Assembly: GCA_963789265.1 (NCBI GenBank)
Contig: CAWBKB010000003.1
Coordinates: forward strand, 928,001 to 992,000
DNA: 64,000 nt
Origin: an uncultured delta proteobacterium
Lineage (GTDB): Bacteria > Desulfobacterota > Desulfomonilia > Desulfomonilales > Desulfomonilaceae
Direction: 5' to 3'
In this document: positions 40,315-51,290 of the stretch, one piece after another
Numbering within the stretch: the stretch's first letter is position 1
How the letters are laid out: the number at the start of each line of letters is the position of its first letter
Notes under the pieces: model-generated
Seen by the model: the letters and a program-made list of their open reading frames with translations, nothing else
What the model was told of the DNA's origin: nothing
The model's database searches: none
Translations under genes and position numbers: made by a program

Positions 40315-43300
40315 CATCCTATCAGGATCAACAGCAGAGCCAAAACGGCCAAATCCGGGAAATGTCATTCTTCTCGAGAATGATGCAGTTTTGGATTGAG
40401 CAAAAATTCCTCATGGTGATCGTCTTGGCAGGGACTATCCTCCTCGGGTTGACTGTGGCTCCCTTTGACTGGGACATTTCCTGGTTGCCGCGCAATCCGG
40501 TTCCCGTAGACGCCATCCCCGACATCGGAGAGAATCAGCAAATCGTTTACACTCCTTGGGAAGGCCGCTCACCGAAGGATATCGAAGACCAAATCACCTA
40601 TCCTCTCACGGTAGCGCTTCTTGGTCTTCCCGGGGTAAAAGCCGTCAGGAGCAACTCTTTTTTCGGCTTCTCAACTATTTACATTATTTTCAACGATAAC
40701 GTTGATTTCTACTGGTCACGCTCGAGAATACTGGAGAAGCTCAATTCCTTACCTTCCGGCACACTACCCGAAGGGGTGCAGCCCACGCTGGGCCCTGATG
40801 CCACGGCATTGGGGCAGGTGTTCTGGTACACCGTTGAAGGCAAGGGCTTTGGTCTCGATGAGTTGAGAACTATTCAAGATTATTATGTCCGGTACGCTTT
40901 GGAATCAGCGGGGGGGGTGAGCGAGGTCGCCTCTGTAGGCGGCTATGTAAAGGAATATCAGATAGATATTAACCCGGATGCCATGAGGGCCAATAACATA
41001 ACTCTTCCCGAGGTCTTGAGCGCAGTCCGCATGTCCAACCTGGACGTGGGGGCGGGGACCATAGAAGTGAACAGGGCCGAGTACACGATTCGCGGCCTGG
41101 GCTTCCTCCATTCCGTCCAGGATCTTCTGGACAGTGTCGTAAAAGTCAATGAAAACGTTCCCCTGTATATAAAGGACATCGCCACAGTTTCGCTCGGGCC
41201 TGCGGTGAGGCGCGGTGCCCTGGACAAGGAAGGGGCCGAGGTGGTCGGCGGCGTGGTAGTCGTCAGATTCGGTGAAAACCCTCTTCAAGTAATCAAGAAC
41301 GTCAAACAGAAAATAAAGGAGATCAGTCCGGGACTTCCCTCCAAGACACTTCCGGACGGCACGGTTTCACGAGTCAAGATAGTTCCCTTCTACGACCGTA
41401 CCACCCTGATCCATGAGACGCTGAACACCTTAAAAAAAGCGCTCTCGGAGGAAATATTGGTCACCATGATCGTGGTTATCGTCATGGTGAATCACATTGC
41501 AAGCTCCGCGTTGATCTCCACGGTCTTGCCGCTGTCGGTTCTCCTGACCTTCGGAGTTATGAAGTTGGTGGGTATCGACGCGAACATAATGGCCCTCTCC
41601 GGCATCGCGATTGCCATTGGGGTCATGGTGGATATGGGCATTATTCTATGTGAGAACATCTTGCGGCACATGGAAGAGGATCATTCGGGGCGGAACATCA
41701 TTGATCTCATCCGCGATTCGGCCGCAGAGGTGGGGGGCGCGGTCATGACATCGTCATTGACCACTATCATCTCGTTCCTTCCTGTGTTCAGTCTTACCGG
41801 TCCGGAGGGTAAGCTCTTCAAGCCTGTCGCATTCACCAAGACATTCGCGGTTGGGTCCGCACTTGTGCTTGCCTTGGCCATAATACCCCCGCTCGCTCAC
41901 ATGGTCTTTTCCAAGAGAAATCTCCGTCGAAACACACTCCTCATTGCTAACGGTCTCATAGCAGTCCTGGGAATCTGGCTGGGGTTCTCCTTTTCATGGT
42001 GGGTCGGACTTCCGGTCCTTTTCGTAGGAGCATTGAAAGCCGGTTCGCAATTCTTCCCCGAAACTGTTAAGGGCAATATTCCGACAGTCCTCAACCTCGC
42101 GGCCCTGGGATTCGTGGTGGTTCTGCTGACAAAACACTGGTTGCCTTTGGGGCCGGGGGTCGGGTTTGTCCGGAATTTGATTTTTGCGTCCGGCCTAATT
42201 TTCGGCCTGCTAGGGATCAGAAAGATCTTCACGGCGTTTTACCGTCCATTCTTGAAATGGGCTCTGTACCACAAGGCCGTTTTCCTGGTGCTGCCTGTCA
42301 GCCTAATCATCTTTGGGCTGGTTATCTGGCAGGGATTCGACAGGGTATTTTTCTTTGTGCCGTGGACGGTGGATAAATTCATTGCCCCTCAGCGGCCCAC
42401 TGTGACTGCGCAAGGGGCGCAGGAACCCCAAGTGAAGAATGACGCTGCTCCCGAGATTCGGGAGACGGTTAGTCCTGTACGACTGACCTGGTTATGGTCG
42501 ACGCTGTCTCATAAGTTCCCCGGCTTGGGAAAGGAGTTCATGCCCGATTTGGATGAGGGTTCGTACCTCTACATGCCCTCTATGATGCCCCATGCAGGCA
42601 TTGGTGAAGCCTTGGACGCCGTTCGTAAACAGGATATGGCGATAAAGGCCATACCGGAAGTGGAGTCCGTGGTTGGGAAAGTAGGCAGAGTTGAGAGCGC
42701 TTTGGATCCCGCTCCTCTTTCCATGGTGGAGACCGTGATCAACTATCTCCCCGAGTACAAGACAGATCCGGTATCCGGAGAACTTGTGGTTGACCCCAAG
42801 ACAGGAAAGCCCATTAGGAATTGGAGGCCGGAGATAAAAAGCTCCGAAGATATCTGGAAAGCAATCGTCAAGGCCGCTCAAGTACCGGGGTGCACATCAG
42901 CGCCGAAACTCCAACCCATAGCGGCTCGTGTCGTGATGCTTCAGAGCGGCATGAGGGCCGCGATGGGAGTGAAAGTTCGCGGGAACAGCCTTGAGGACGT
43001 GGAAAAAGTGGGCCTTGAGATCGAGCGCTTGCTAAAGGAAGTTCCGTCAGTTGAACCTTCATCTGTCATCGTGGACCGGGTAATCGCAAACCCCTACCTC
43101 GAAATTGGCATCGACCGCAAAGCCATAGCTCGGTACGGGATCAAGGTCCAGGACGTCCAGGATGTGATCGAAATAGCAATTGGTGGGAAACGGATCACCA
43201 CGACGGTAGAGGGTCGCGAGCGATATCCGGTCAGGATCAGGTACCAGAGAGAACTGAGGGACTCTCTCGAAGATCTGGGGAAAATACTGGTTCCCGGAAA

Positions 43301-44162
43301 CGGAGGAGTGCAAATACCTCTTGATCTTCTTGCAAAAATTAAATTCACCCCCGGTCCGATGACCATAAAGAGCGAGGATACCTTCCTCGTAAGTTATGTG
43401 CTCTTCGACAAGAAGCCTGGAACGGCCGAGGTTAATGTTGTTGAGGCCGCGGACCGATATTTAAAGCACAAGATCGAAACAGGCGAACTCAAGCTTCCAC
43501 CCGGTACGTCGTTCATTTTTGCCGGGTCGTACGAGAATCAGGTCAGATCGGAGAAAACATTGAGGGTGGTGATTCCACTTGCGTTGATGCTCATCTTCGT
43601 TGTCCTGTATTTCCAGTTCCGTTCCATCCCGACTTCTTTGAACGTATTTTCGGGTATTTTTGTTGCGTGGTCCGGAGGCTTTATGATGATCTGGTTATAC
43701 TCGCAGCCCTGGTTCCTTAACTTCCACGTCTTTGGTGTCAACATGCACGAGCTTTTCCAGGTCCGTCCCTATAATTTGAGTGTCGCAGTCTGGGTAGGGT
43801 TCCTCGCGCTCTTTGGCATCGCGAGCAATGACGGGGTTATTTACTCCACCTATCTCGATCAGGTATTCAAATCGCGTACATTTCGTTCAGTAGCTGAATT
43901 GAGGGAAGCAACCCTGGACGCTGGAGTGAAACGAGTGAGGCCCGCGCTTATGACGACCGCTACAGCTATCCTTGCGCTGATCCCTGTAATGACTTCTCAC
44001 GGCAGAGGAGCGGACGTAATGGTTCCCATGGCGTTGCCAACTTTCGGTGGCATGGCTATAGACATAATAACGATTTTCGTCGTCCCCACTATTTACTGCC
44101 TCGTGAAAGAGACGGAATTTAAGAGGGGATTACAGATCCAAAACAGCGGAAAGGAGTCTTAA
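40311..44162 (+). CDS. cusA: CusA/CzcA family heavy-metal efflux RND permease
   Basis: VDAIPDIGENQ, GPDATALG, EFMPDLDEGS, KRVRPALMT; Met-rich CusA-type motifs. Confidence 0.9.
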   Translation: MTSYQDQQQSQNGQIREMSFFSRMMQFWIEQKFLMVIVLAGTILLGLTVAPFDWDISWLPRNPVPVDAIPDIGENQQIVYTPWEGRSPKDIEDQITYPLTVALLGLPGVKAVRSNSFFGFSTIYIIFNDNVDFYWSRSRILEKLNSLPSGTLPEGVQPTLGPDATALGQVFWYTVEGKGFGLDELRTIQDYYVRYALESAGGVSEVASVGGYVKEYQIDINPDAMRANNITLPEVLSAVRMSNLDVGAGTIEVNRAEYTIRGLGFLHSVQDLLDSVVKVNENVPLYIKDIATVSLGPAVRRGALDKEGAEVVGGVVVVRFGENPLQVIKNVKQKIKEISPGLPSKTLPDGTVSRVKIVPFYDRTTLIHETLNTLKKALSEEILVTMIVVIVMVNHIASSALISTVLPLSVLLTFGVMKLVGIDANIMALSGIAIAIGVMVDMGIILCENILRHMEEDHSGRNIIDLIRDSAAEVGGAVMTSSLTTIISFLPVFSLTGPEGKLFKPVAFTKTFAVGSALVLALAIIPPLAHMVFSKRNLRRNTLLIANGLIAVLGIWLGFSFSWWVGLPVLFVGALKAGSQFFPETVKGNIPTVLNLAALGFVVVLLTKHWLPLGPGVGFVRNLIFASGLIFGLLGIRKIFTAFYRPFLKWALYHKAVFLVLPVSLIIFGLVIWQGFDRVFFFVPWTVDKFIAPQRPTVTAQGAQEPQVKNDAAPEIRETVSPVRLTWLWSTLSHKFPGLGKEFMPDLDEGSYLYMPSMMPHAGIGEALDAVRKQDMAIKAIPEVESVVGKVGRVESALDPAPLSMVETVINYLPEYKTDPVSGELVVDPKTGKPIRNWRPEIKSSEDIWKAIVKAAQVPGCTSAPKLQPIAARVVMLQSGMRAAMGVKVRGNSLEDVEKVGLEIERLLKEVPSVEPSSVIVDRVIANPYLEIGIDRKAIARYGIKVQDVQDVIEIAIGGKRITTTVEGRERYPVRIRYQRELRDSLEDLGKILVPGNGGVQIPLDLLAKIKFTPGPMTIKSEDTFLVSYVLFDKKPGTAEVNVVEAADRYLKHKIETGELKLPPGTSFIFAGSYENQVRSEKTLRVVIPLALMLIFVVLYFQFRSIPTSLNVFSGIFVAWSGGFMMIWLYSQPWFLNFHVFGVNMHELFQVRPYNLSVAVWVGFLALFGIASNDGVIYSTYLDQVFKSRTFRSVAELREATLDAGVKRVRPALMTTATAILALIPVMTSHGRGADVMVPMALPTFGGMAIDIITIFVVPTIYCLVKETEFKRGLQIQNSGKES

Positions 44163-44163
44163 A

Positions 44164-44718
44164 ATGTTTTCACTCTTAAAGGGCCTTTTGTACACCGCGT
44201 TAGCACTCGTAATAGTAGTGTCGGCTCCTCTAATCTCCGGAGCCGCACAGACGGTGAATCTCCCGGATGGGGCAAAGCTTGATCTTTCGGGAACTTGCCC
44301 TGTTTGCAACATGAAACTGGGAAGCAGCCCCTCAGGGCCGGCCGCAGTAGTTTTCAAAGACGGCAAAGTAGTGGGTTTCGACACAACAGCCGATATGTTT
44401 CGATACGTCCTTGCACCCAAGAAATATGACTTCGACGCAGGGAATATCAAGGACATTTTCGTGACGGAACACGGAACCAAGAAGTTTATAGATGCCAAAC
44501 AGGCATTTTTCGTCGTCGGCAGCGACGTAAAGGGACACATGGGCGCCGAGGTGGTGCCGTTCCCGAACAAAGCTGATGCAGAGAAGTTCAGCTCCGAGCA
44601 CAAAGGCAAACGAGTTGCCGCGTACGGGACAGTCACTCTGGCTGACTTGAAATCACACAAAATGATGCTCAAGATGGAGCATGGCATGGGCGGGATGGAA
44701 CATGGCATGAAGCACTAG
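44164..44718 (+). CDS. NosL-family copper chaperone-like protein with a Met/His-rich tail
   Basis: CPVCNM, IFVT..IDAKQAFFVVGSDV.G.MG..VPF; tail MMLKMEHGMGGMEHGMKH. Confidence 0.85.
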   Translation: MFSLLKGLLYTALALVIVVSAPLISGAAQTVNLPDGAKLDLSGTCPVCNMKLGSSPSGPAAVVFKDGKVVGFDTTADMFRYVLAPKKYDFDAGNIKDIFVTEHGTKKFIDAKQAFFVVGSDVKGHMGAEVVPFPNKADAEKFSSEHKGKRVAAYGTVTLADLKSHKMMLKMEHGMGGMEHGMKH

Positions 44719-44850
44719 GAGCGACCCCGTGTCACACGGTTGGAAGGCTCTTTCGAGGGAACTTCCCGGCATCCTGCCTAAATACGGAAACATATCGACA
44801 TATTTTAAAACCTTAAATTCTAACCCTCAACCTAACGGTGAGAATTAAAC

Positions 44851-46599
44851 ATGATTTTTTCTTTGCAACGACGATTTCTGATTCTCCTGCTTCTCCCAGT
44901 GACAGTGATACTAGTTGTCGCAGGTGTCGCGGGGTTCGTCTATTCGCTCGGACTTCTTCTTGAGCAATGGGGCATTGCCACGCGTCTGAAGTTGGAAAAA
45001 GCCGAGCACCAAATCGAGATGCAGCTCGAAGAGAAAGTGGCGCTGATCAGGCTCATCGGACAAGCTGAGGAGATCCCCAATAACGATATTGTCCGGACAT
45101 ATCTAATTCAGCAACTCATAAAAAAGGATGGCATTCGCTTCGTTGATCTGGAGCCGATCAGCGCTAAAGTCAACAAGGCCGCCAAGGGAGGAAAAAACTC
45201 CGACGATCCCGGCGGCAAAACCACGGGTAACGGCACGAGTTATACCACGGTACTGTGTGGCAACATGGGGTTCTGTGCTCCCATCATGGATCCAAATGCC
45301 CCGGACCGGGCTTTAACAATCATAAAACTCATAGGAGCTGACACGCCCTCCCCCAAACGACTAACTGTGCGGATCAGCTTTGATTCGTTCTTGAAGCCCA
45401 TAAAGGAAATGACCCTTTGGCAAGGGAGCACCGCGTGCCTTGTGACAAGCACCGGTCAAGTGCTGGCCCATACGGGTAAATCCTGGCGCGACAGAAAACA
45501 ACTGGGGGAAAACGGAAACGAAGTCGAAAAGGCTGTCCTTCGAGAGATTGGGAGCAATAAGCCTTACGGAACCGTATTCGGCAAAGGACATCCGCCGGAC
45601 ATTGTCGCAGGCTTCTACAAACTGCCTTTCATCAATTGGGACATGGTCCTCTTTTCCAAGGGCGAAGTAATCATGGCCCCCATGATCCAGTACAGGTTCT
45701 ATTACACCTTGGCGGGCATCATTGCGCTCGGTGTGATTCTCTTGTTGATCCGGTTGACCACCCGCTCGGTTGGCCGCTCTGTGGCAGAGATTTCCTCCGC
45801 GACGGAGCGGGTAGAAAAGGGGGATTACACGGTAAGACTGCCGGAGGACCGATACGACGAAATGGGTCACTTGAACCGGAGCTTTAACAACATGATCCAG
45901 GGTCTTAAACAACGAGACCTGATTGAACAGACCTTCGGTCGCTATGTTGACAAGAGTGTGGCCGAAGCCTTGATGAGTAAGCCCGAAGCGTTGCGATTGG
46001 GTGGGGAAAAGAAGACTGTCACGATCATGATGTCCGACATACGGAACTTTACCGGAATATCTGAGAAGCTACAGCCCGAAGAAGTTATCAAAATGCTGAA
46101 CAGGTACTTCGCGCGTATGATAGCCGTTATAGAATGCTACAGGGGCATCATCGTGGACTTTTACGGAGACTCTATTTTGGTCTTCTTCAACGGTATGGAA
46201 TCCGATATCAGTCTTAATGCTCTGGGTGCAATAAAGTGTGCTCTGGAAATGCAGCAGGAACTCGAAGGCTTTGTTAGGGAAAACGTGGCCCAAGGGCTCC
46301 CTGTAGTGACAATGGGCATAGGAATTCATACCGGCGAAGTTATCGTAGGCAACATTGGTACCGAAACTCGAGCAAAATATGGGATCGTGGGAGCCGACGT
46401 GAATTTGACCGATCGTATTCAAGCCTCTGCCGCGGGTGGAAAAGTGGTGATTTCAGAAAAGACTTACGAGGCTGTCGCACACAATGTCGAAATATCTCAG
46501 CAGTTCGAGGTCTGCCTCAAAGGCGTAGAAGACAACCACACGCTGTACGAGGTTCGAACTGCTATGGCCCGATCGAATTGCCTGACGGTCAGTATATAA
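44851..46599 (+). CDS. Membrane adenylate/guanylate cyclase (sensor-HAMP-class III cyclase)
   Basis: Two TMs, HAMP (DEMGHL..FNNM), MSDIRNFT, FYGD, GIGIHTG..VGNIG, GADVN. Confidence 0.92.
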   Translation: MIFSLQRRFLILLLLPVTVILVVAGVAGFVYSLGLLLEQWGIATRLKLEKAEHQIEMQLEEKVALIRLIGQAEEIPNNDIVRTYLIQQLIKKDGIRFVDLEPISAKVNKAAKGGKNSDDPGGKTTGNGTSYTTVLCGNMGFCAPIMDPNAPDRALTIIKLIGADTPSPKRLTVRISFDSFLKPIKEMTLWQGSTACLVTSTGQVLAHTGKSWRDRKQLGENGNEVEKAVLREIGSNKPYGTVFGKGHPPDIVAGFYKLPFINWDMVLFSKGEVIMAPMIQYRFYYTLAGIIALGVILLLIRLTTRSVGRSVAEISSATERVEKGDYTVRLPEDRYDEMGHLNRSFNNMIQGLKQRDLIEQTFGRYVDKSVAEALMSKPEALRLGGEKKTVTIMMSDIRNFTGISEKLQPEEVIKMLNRYFARMIAVIECYRGIIVDFYGDSILVFFNGMESDISLNALGAIKCALEMQQELEGFVRENVAQGLPVVTMGIGIHTGEVIVGNIGTETRAKYGIVGADVNLTDRIQASAAGGKVVISEKTYEAVAHNVEISQQFEVCLKGVEDNHTLYEVRTAMARSNCLTVSI

Positions 46600-47426
46600 T
46601 AGCTCCGTACCCAACGAAGCTGGAGCCGGGCGCAACGTCGTAACTGGTATAGTATTCCAAGAGCTTGCCGCACTGGACCCCGTGGTGTGCCATTGACGTT
46701 ATCAGGGCAGCGATCGCACCTGCGGAACATGTGTTCTGCTTTGACTTCGCATCCAACAGCAGACCTTTGGCATCCAGGGCGAGCGCCTTGTTGATTAGGG
46801 AACGGTCATTTACTTCTTTTACCCATTTCACTGCCGAGGCCCCACTGCCTTTTGGCATGAACTCATAGTTGGGGCCGTAGTGAGTGAGATCGGCCGACCC
46901 AATGCACACGGCAGCCAGAACCCTTTACCTCAAGAAGCACGCACAGGGCTTCGCTCATTCGTATGGCCCGTACTGAAGCCGGTGCGTGAACTGCAATCAC
47001 CGGGATTCCGGGAAAAAACCGCTGGACAAACGGCAGTTGTATCTCCACGGTATTATCTGAAAAATCCCCATGTGCGGGCACAGCTTCCCCCGCGGAGACC
47101 AACTCCTGTGCTGTGGATGAATCCATAGGCTGAGCGCCCAGGGGCGTGTGCCACGAGTCATCGGTGTAGATAATCGGATCATCCGTTTCCGAGAGGTGCC
47201 CCCCGTAGATCACCACCCGATCCGGGCGCGTGGAAACAGCAATAGTATTTATGACACGAGCCGCGGCCCGCCCGGAAAAATACCATCCGGCGTGGGGCAC
47301 GATCCCGCCCACCCACATTCCCCCGGCGGGGCGGAATCCTTTCAAGAATTCGTCTATTTGTCGATTGCATTCGTCGGCGGAGTCAGGATACCAGCCTGTG
47401 GGTAGAACTCTTTTGCGCACAGACAT
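46589..47426 (-). CDS. AmmeMemoRadiSam system protein B (MEMO1 family; +1 frameshift near 46920)
   Basis: GWYP, IVPHAGWYFSG, TVEIQLPF, SADLTHYG, YYTSYD..SFVGY. Confidence 0.88.
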
Positions 47427-47479
47427 CGTCTTATCTCCTCATTCGTTCATGCCGAATTCCCGGTTCTCGTAAACTGATT

Positions 47480-48511
47480 TTATTGCAACCCGAACCACAC
47501 GGCTACGAGCAAGCTGAAAGACACCAGGGAATTCACGTTGAAAAACGCCAAGTCTAAACGGCTCAAGTCGTCGGGATGGAGCAGCCGGTGTTCGAGGTAG
47601 AGCAGTCCGCATGTGACAAGACCTAATAGGTAGAATGTCCGGTTTAGCCCTGCCAACCTTCCCGTCAACATGAACAGGCAGACCGCCGCGATATGGGCAA
47701 GGCCTGCCGAGCGAAGAGCTGCACGGGTTCCGAGCCAAGCCGGCAAAGAGTGCAGTTTGACCATGCGGTCAAATTCTACATCTTGGCAGGCGTAAATGAT
47801 GTCAAAACCGGCAACCCAGAAGAGGACCCCGGTTCCTAAAATCGCCGGGATCCAATCCACTCGTCCCGCGACCGCCAACCATCCTGCCACTGGGGCCAGA
47901 CCAAGACATAATCCCAGGAACAGATGGCACATCCAGGTAAACCGTTTCGTATAAGAGTAGGCCAGCAGAATTGCAAGCGCCACTGGAGACAGGAAGAAAC
48001 AGACCCGGTTCAGAGCCAAAGCGGAAAGGAAGTAGACGCCCACAGCTACCACGACCAGAGCCCAAGCTTGGCGCACATTGATCTGACCGGAAGGAATTTC
48101 CCTGTTGGCGGTTCGAGGATTCAGCGCATCCAAGTCACGGTCCACCAATCTATTGAATGCCATGGCAGCGGTTCTGGCCCCGGCAAACGCCAGTGCTATA
48201 AGCCCCAAAACCTTCAGACTCGGCATACCGCGAGCCGCCAGAATGGATCCGGTTAATGCCAGCGGCAACGCGAACAATGTGTGCTCGATCTTCACCAAAG
48301 AGAACAGGCGTAGGATTATCGCAAAGGGTTTCGTGCGATCTGTCCTTGTCGCAAATCCCGGAGAGCATGCAGTCCGCGTTGAGCCGGTTCCTACAGTGGC
48401 CTCATTCAAAATACAGGGAATCATACAGCTACTGTCACCTTGGCCCTTGGCCAAAGACCTGCTGACGCTATCGGGTGCATCTGATCTGTCGTCAATTTGC
48501 CCTGTCGGCAT
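47480..48511 (-). CDS. UbiA-family polyprenyltransferase (MqnP-like)
   Basis: VKIEHTLFALP, ARTAAMAFNRLVD..D..NPRT.REIP, YSYTKRFT, GFDIIYACQD, AFFNVN; the true start is probably downstream (for example ATG 48424). Confidence 0.9.
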   Translation of the reverse strand: MPTGQIDDRSDAPDSVSRSLAKGQGDSSCMIPCILNEATVGTGSTRTACSPGFATRTDRTKPFAIILRLFSLVKIEHTLFALPLALTGSILAARGMPSLKVLGLIALAFAGARTAAMAFNRLVDRDLDALNPRTANREIPSGQINVRQAWALVVVAVGVYFLSALALNRVCFFLSPVALAILLAYSYTKRFTWMCHLFLGLCLGLAPVAGWLAVAGRVDWIPAILGTGVLFWVAGFDIIYACQDVEFDRMVKLHSLPAWLGTRAALRSAGLAHIAAVCLFMLTGRLAGLNRTFYLLGLVTCGLLYLEHRLLHPDDLSRLDLAFFNVNSLVSFSLLVAVWFGLQ

Positions 48512-48515
48512 TGAA

Positions 48516-49952
48516 TTATCCCAGGTTAAGTTTAGTCCATATTGCGTCGATTCTGGATTTGACCTCTCGATCCATCTCGATCAGCTCGGGCCAGGGTCGA
48601 GAATGACCTTCCTCAGCACCTTTCCGGGTGCAATCAAATCCCATTTTCGTACCCAGGTGGGGCAGGTCCGAGGAATGGTCGAGCGCGTCAACAGGTCCCT
48701 TCACCACGCACAGATCGCGCCCCGGCTCCAGATTGGCTCCCAGGAAAAAAAGCACCTGACCGATGTCTTGAACATCCACATAATGATCGAAAACAAAAAT
48801 CATCTTTGTAAACATCATTTGACCGAAGCCCCACAGCGCGTGCATCACCTTATGAGCCTGGCCGGGATAACTCTTGCGAATGGCTACGAAACAAAGGTTG
48901 TGGAAGACCCCCTCCACAGGCAAGTTAATGTCAACGATTTCAGGGAGCTGTTTCTTTATAAGAGGCAAAAAGAGTCTCTCGGTGACTTTGCCAAAGAAAG
49001 CATCCTCCATTGGAGGCCGGCCGACGAGAGTGGCTGGATATATGGGATTCTTGCGTCGGGTAATCGCCGTAAGGTGAAACATCGGGTACAGGTCGGCCGG
49101 TGAGTAGTATCCGGTGTGATCTCCGAATGGTCCCTCGACTCGTGTCTCACCGGGAACCACGTACCCTTCCAGGACAAATTGAGACTCCGCCGGAACTTCC
49201 AGGTCGCAGGTTACGCACTTCACGATCTCCACCGGCTTTTTTCGAAGGAATCCAGAGAGGATCAGCTCGTCCAAATCTTCGGGCAACGGTGCAATGGCAC
49301 TGTAGGTGGTGATGGGATCGGGTCCGAGAGCTACGGCCACCTGCATGGGCTCCTGAGCCGAGCGAAAGTGTTCCGCTCCCCCTTTATGTATGTGCCAATG
49401 CATGCCGCAGGTTTCGCTATCGTAGACCTGCAAACGGTACATGCCGACATTTCGACGGCCGGTCCGGGGATGCCGAGTGATGACCACCGGCAGCGTGATG
49501 AACGGGCCCCCGTCCCCAGGCCAGGAGGTCAATACGGGCAGCTCCCTCAGGTCTAAGCCCTGCGTCCGGACCACTTCCCGGCACGGTCCGTCTTTGACCC
49601 GCTTGGGAAAAATGCAAGCGATATCCTTAAGTTTGGGAAGCAGTTTCAGCTTGTCGATAAAGCCCTTGGGCGGCTCCAGATTCAGGAATTCCTGAAACCT
49701 GTCACCAAGGTCATTCAGCTCGGCAATGTCAAAGATAGCCTTTATCCTATCCAAGGCTCCGTATATATTCGTCAGAACGGGATAATTGTACCCGGTTGGG
49801 TGTTCGAATAGGAGAGCCGGCCCGCCTTTCTTGACCACCCGATCCGTCAACTCCGCTATCTCCAAATGGGGACTCAAGTTATCGGTAACACAAGCCAGTT
49901 GGTCGGTCCGTTTCAAAAATTCTATTAGATTCTGCAAGTTGTCAAAAGCCAT
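48516..49952 (-). CDS. UbiD-family menaquinone biosynthesis decarboxylase (MqnL-like)
   Basis: GGPALLF, WPGDGGPFITLP, NVGMYRLQ, MHWHIHK, EGPFGDHTGYY, GRPPMED. Confidence 0.9.
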   Translation of the reverse strand: MAFDNLQNLIEFLKRTDQLACVTDNLSPHLEIAELTDRVVKKGGPALLFEHPTGYNYPVLTNIYGALDRIKAIFDIAELNDLGDRFQEFLNLEPPKGFIDKLKLLPKLKDIACIFPKRVKDGPCREVVRTQGLDLRELPVLTSWPGDGGPFITLPVVITRHPRTGRRNVGMYRLQVYDSETCGMHWHIHKGGAEHFRSAQEPMQVAVALGPDPITTYSAIAPLPEDLDELILSGFLRKKPVEIVKCVTCDLEVPAESQFVLEGYVVPGETRVEGPFGDHTGYYSPADLYPMFHLTAITRRKNPIYPATLVGRPPMEDAFFGKVTERLFLPLIKKQLPEIVDINLPVEGVFHNLCFVAIRKSYPGQAHKVMHALWGFGQMMFTKMIFVFDHYVDVQDIGQVLFFLGANLEPGRDLCVVKGPVDALDHSSDLPHLGTKMGFDCTRKGAEEGHSRPWPELIEMDREVKSRIDAIWTKLNLG

Positions 49953-51212
49953 TTAGGCTCCAATCCGGCTGTTTAAAGACGGTCCCGCGCCTATTGACGT
50001 CATGGCCTTGTGCAGTTCCGAAACCGCAATTCCGGCGAATTCCGTGTCGTTGATATGGAAGTCCGCTTCTATCACTTTAACCCGAGAATCCAACAACGTC
50101 TTCAAGGCCGTGACAAAGACGCGATTCGTTTCCGGATCATAAAGGGGCCCACCGGGCGCGTCTGCTTCGGACCACCCTTTCAAGGGAATTACAACTGACG
50201 AGGGACCCTTGGCATGGTTCAATTTGGCGGCTATGACCTCTGCCAAGCGGAGGAGATCGTCCGCGCTGGTGCGCACGCCGGATCGGAAATCGTACCAGAA
50301 TACCTTTCTGTCTTTGAATCTCTCCGGAATCGTTTCCGGTGAGTCAAATTCCAACACGACGCAATCCAGGCCCCCGGGAACGGCCACCAGGGGTATGCCG
50401 TGGCGCCCCGCAGCCTCCATCCTGCCCGGCCCTATTCCACCGCAGTATCCGTTGTATAACTCATCCGCAAATTCATGAAGTGCAAAGTCCAGCACGCCGT
50501 CGATCAACCCCTGCGATATCAGGTCCTCCATTGCCATTCCGCCCGTGCCGTTAGCATGGAAGGGAGCGACATCATAGCCTTGATCTTCGAGCATCTTCTT
50601 TACCAGCATGGCACCTTCGGTTATGAACCCGAACGAAGTAAGACCGATGATGGGCCTTTGCCGATCCATACGAACGGGGCTCGACACCATCCCTGCCATC
50701 GCTGCGGCAGCGTTTGCGAGTATTTTTCTGCTCAGCGGGTTGAGACCCAGGATGTCTATCACCGAGTGCATCATGGTGATGTCTTTCGTTCCTATCAAAT
50801 CACTCATGTCGCGGCTTGCGACGGTTGAGAGCATCACCTTGGGTAGTCCCAAAGGCAGCGAGCGCATGATTCCGGTCCCAATGTGGGTCCCTGTCCCGCC
50901 TCCCAGGGCGAGAATACCCGAAACCACTCCCTGCCGGTGCAGGTCGTTGACTATCCTTTCAGCTCCCCGGGTCATTGTTTGAATGGCCAACCTTCGATCG
51001 CCCTTTTTCAGCAGCTCTTGCAATTGAACTCCGCCCGCGGTCGCAACCTGTTCACGTGAAATGTCCGACTGGATCCCGGGAGCATGGAGAACTCCGACGT
51101 CAATTACGAGTGTGGAACACGCGGCATCTTCGAGTAGCCGCTTCACGTACCCGATTTCCTCGCCTTTGGTGTCCAGAGTTCCTACGATAACGACCGTTGG
51201 CGGCATAGGCAC
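49953..51212 (-). CDS. Tm-1-like ATP-binding domain protein (UPF0261), copy 1
   Basis: GTLDTKGEE, LGGGTGT, LPLGLPKVMLST, FHANGTGG.AME, PGGLD, HIND..FA. Confidence 0.88.
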   Translation of the reverse strand: MPMPPTVVIVGTLDTKGEEIGYVKRLLEDAACSTLVIDVGVLHAPGIQSDISREQVATAGGVQLQELLKKGDRRLAIQTMTRGAERIVNDLHRQGVVSGILALGGGTGTHIGTGIMRSLPLGLPKVMLSTVASRDMSDLIGTKDITMMHSVIDILGLNPLSRKILANAAAAMAGMVSSPVRMDRQRPIIGLTSFGFITEGAMLVKKMLEDQGYDVAPFHANGTGGMAMEDLISQGLIDGVLDFALHEFADELYNGYCGGIGPGRMEAAGRHGIPLVAVPGGLDCVVLEFDSPETIPERFKDRKVFWYDFRSGVRTSADDLLRLAEVIAAKLNHAKGPSSVVIPLKGWSEADAPGGPLYDPETNRVFVTALKTLLDSRVKVIEADFHINDTEFAGIAVSELHKAMTSIGAGPSLNSRIGA

Positions 51213-51290
51213 CTCTTGTGGTTGGGTTGCCAGCTCACATTACAGGAGCCCCCTCCCGTCGGCAACAAAATTAAGGGGTATTGTGCAGAT

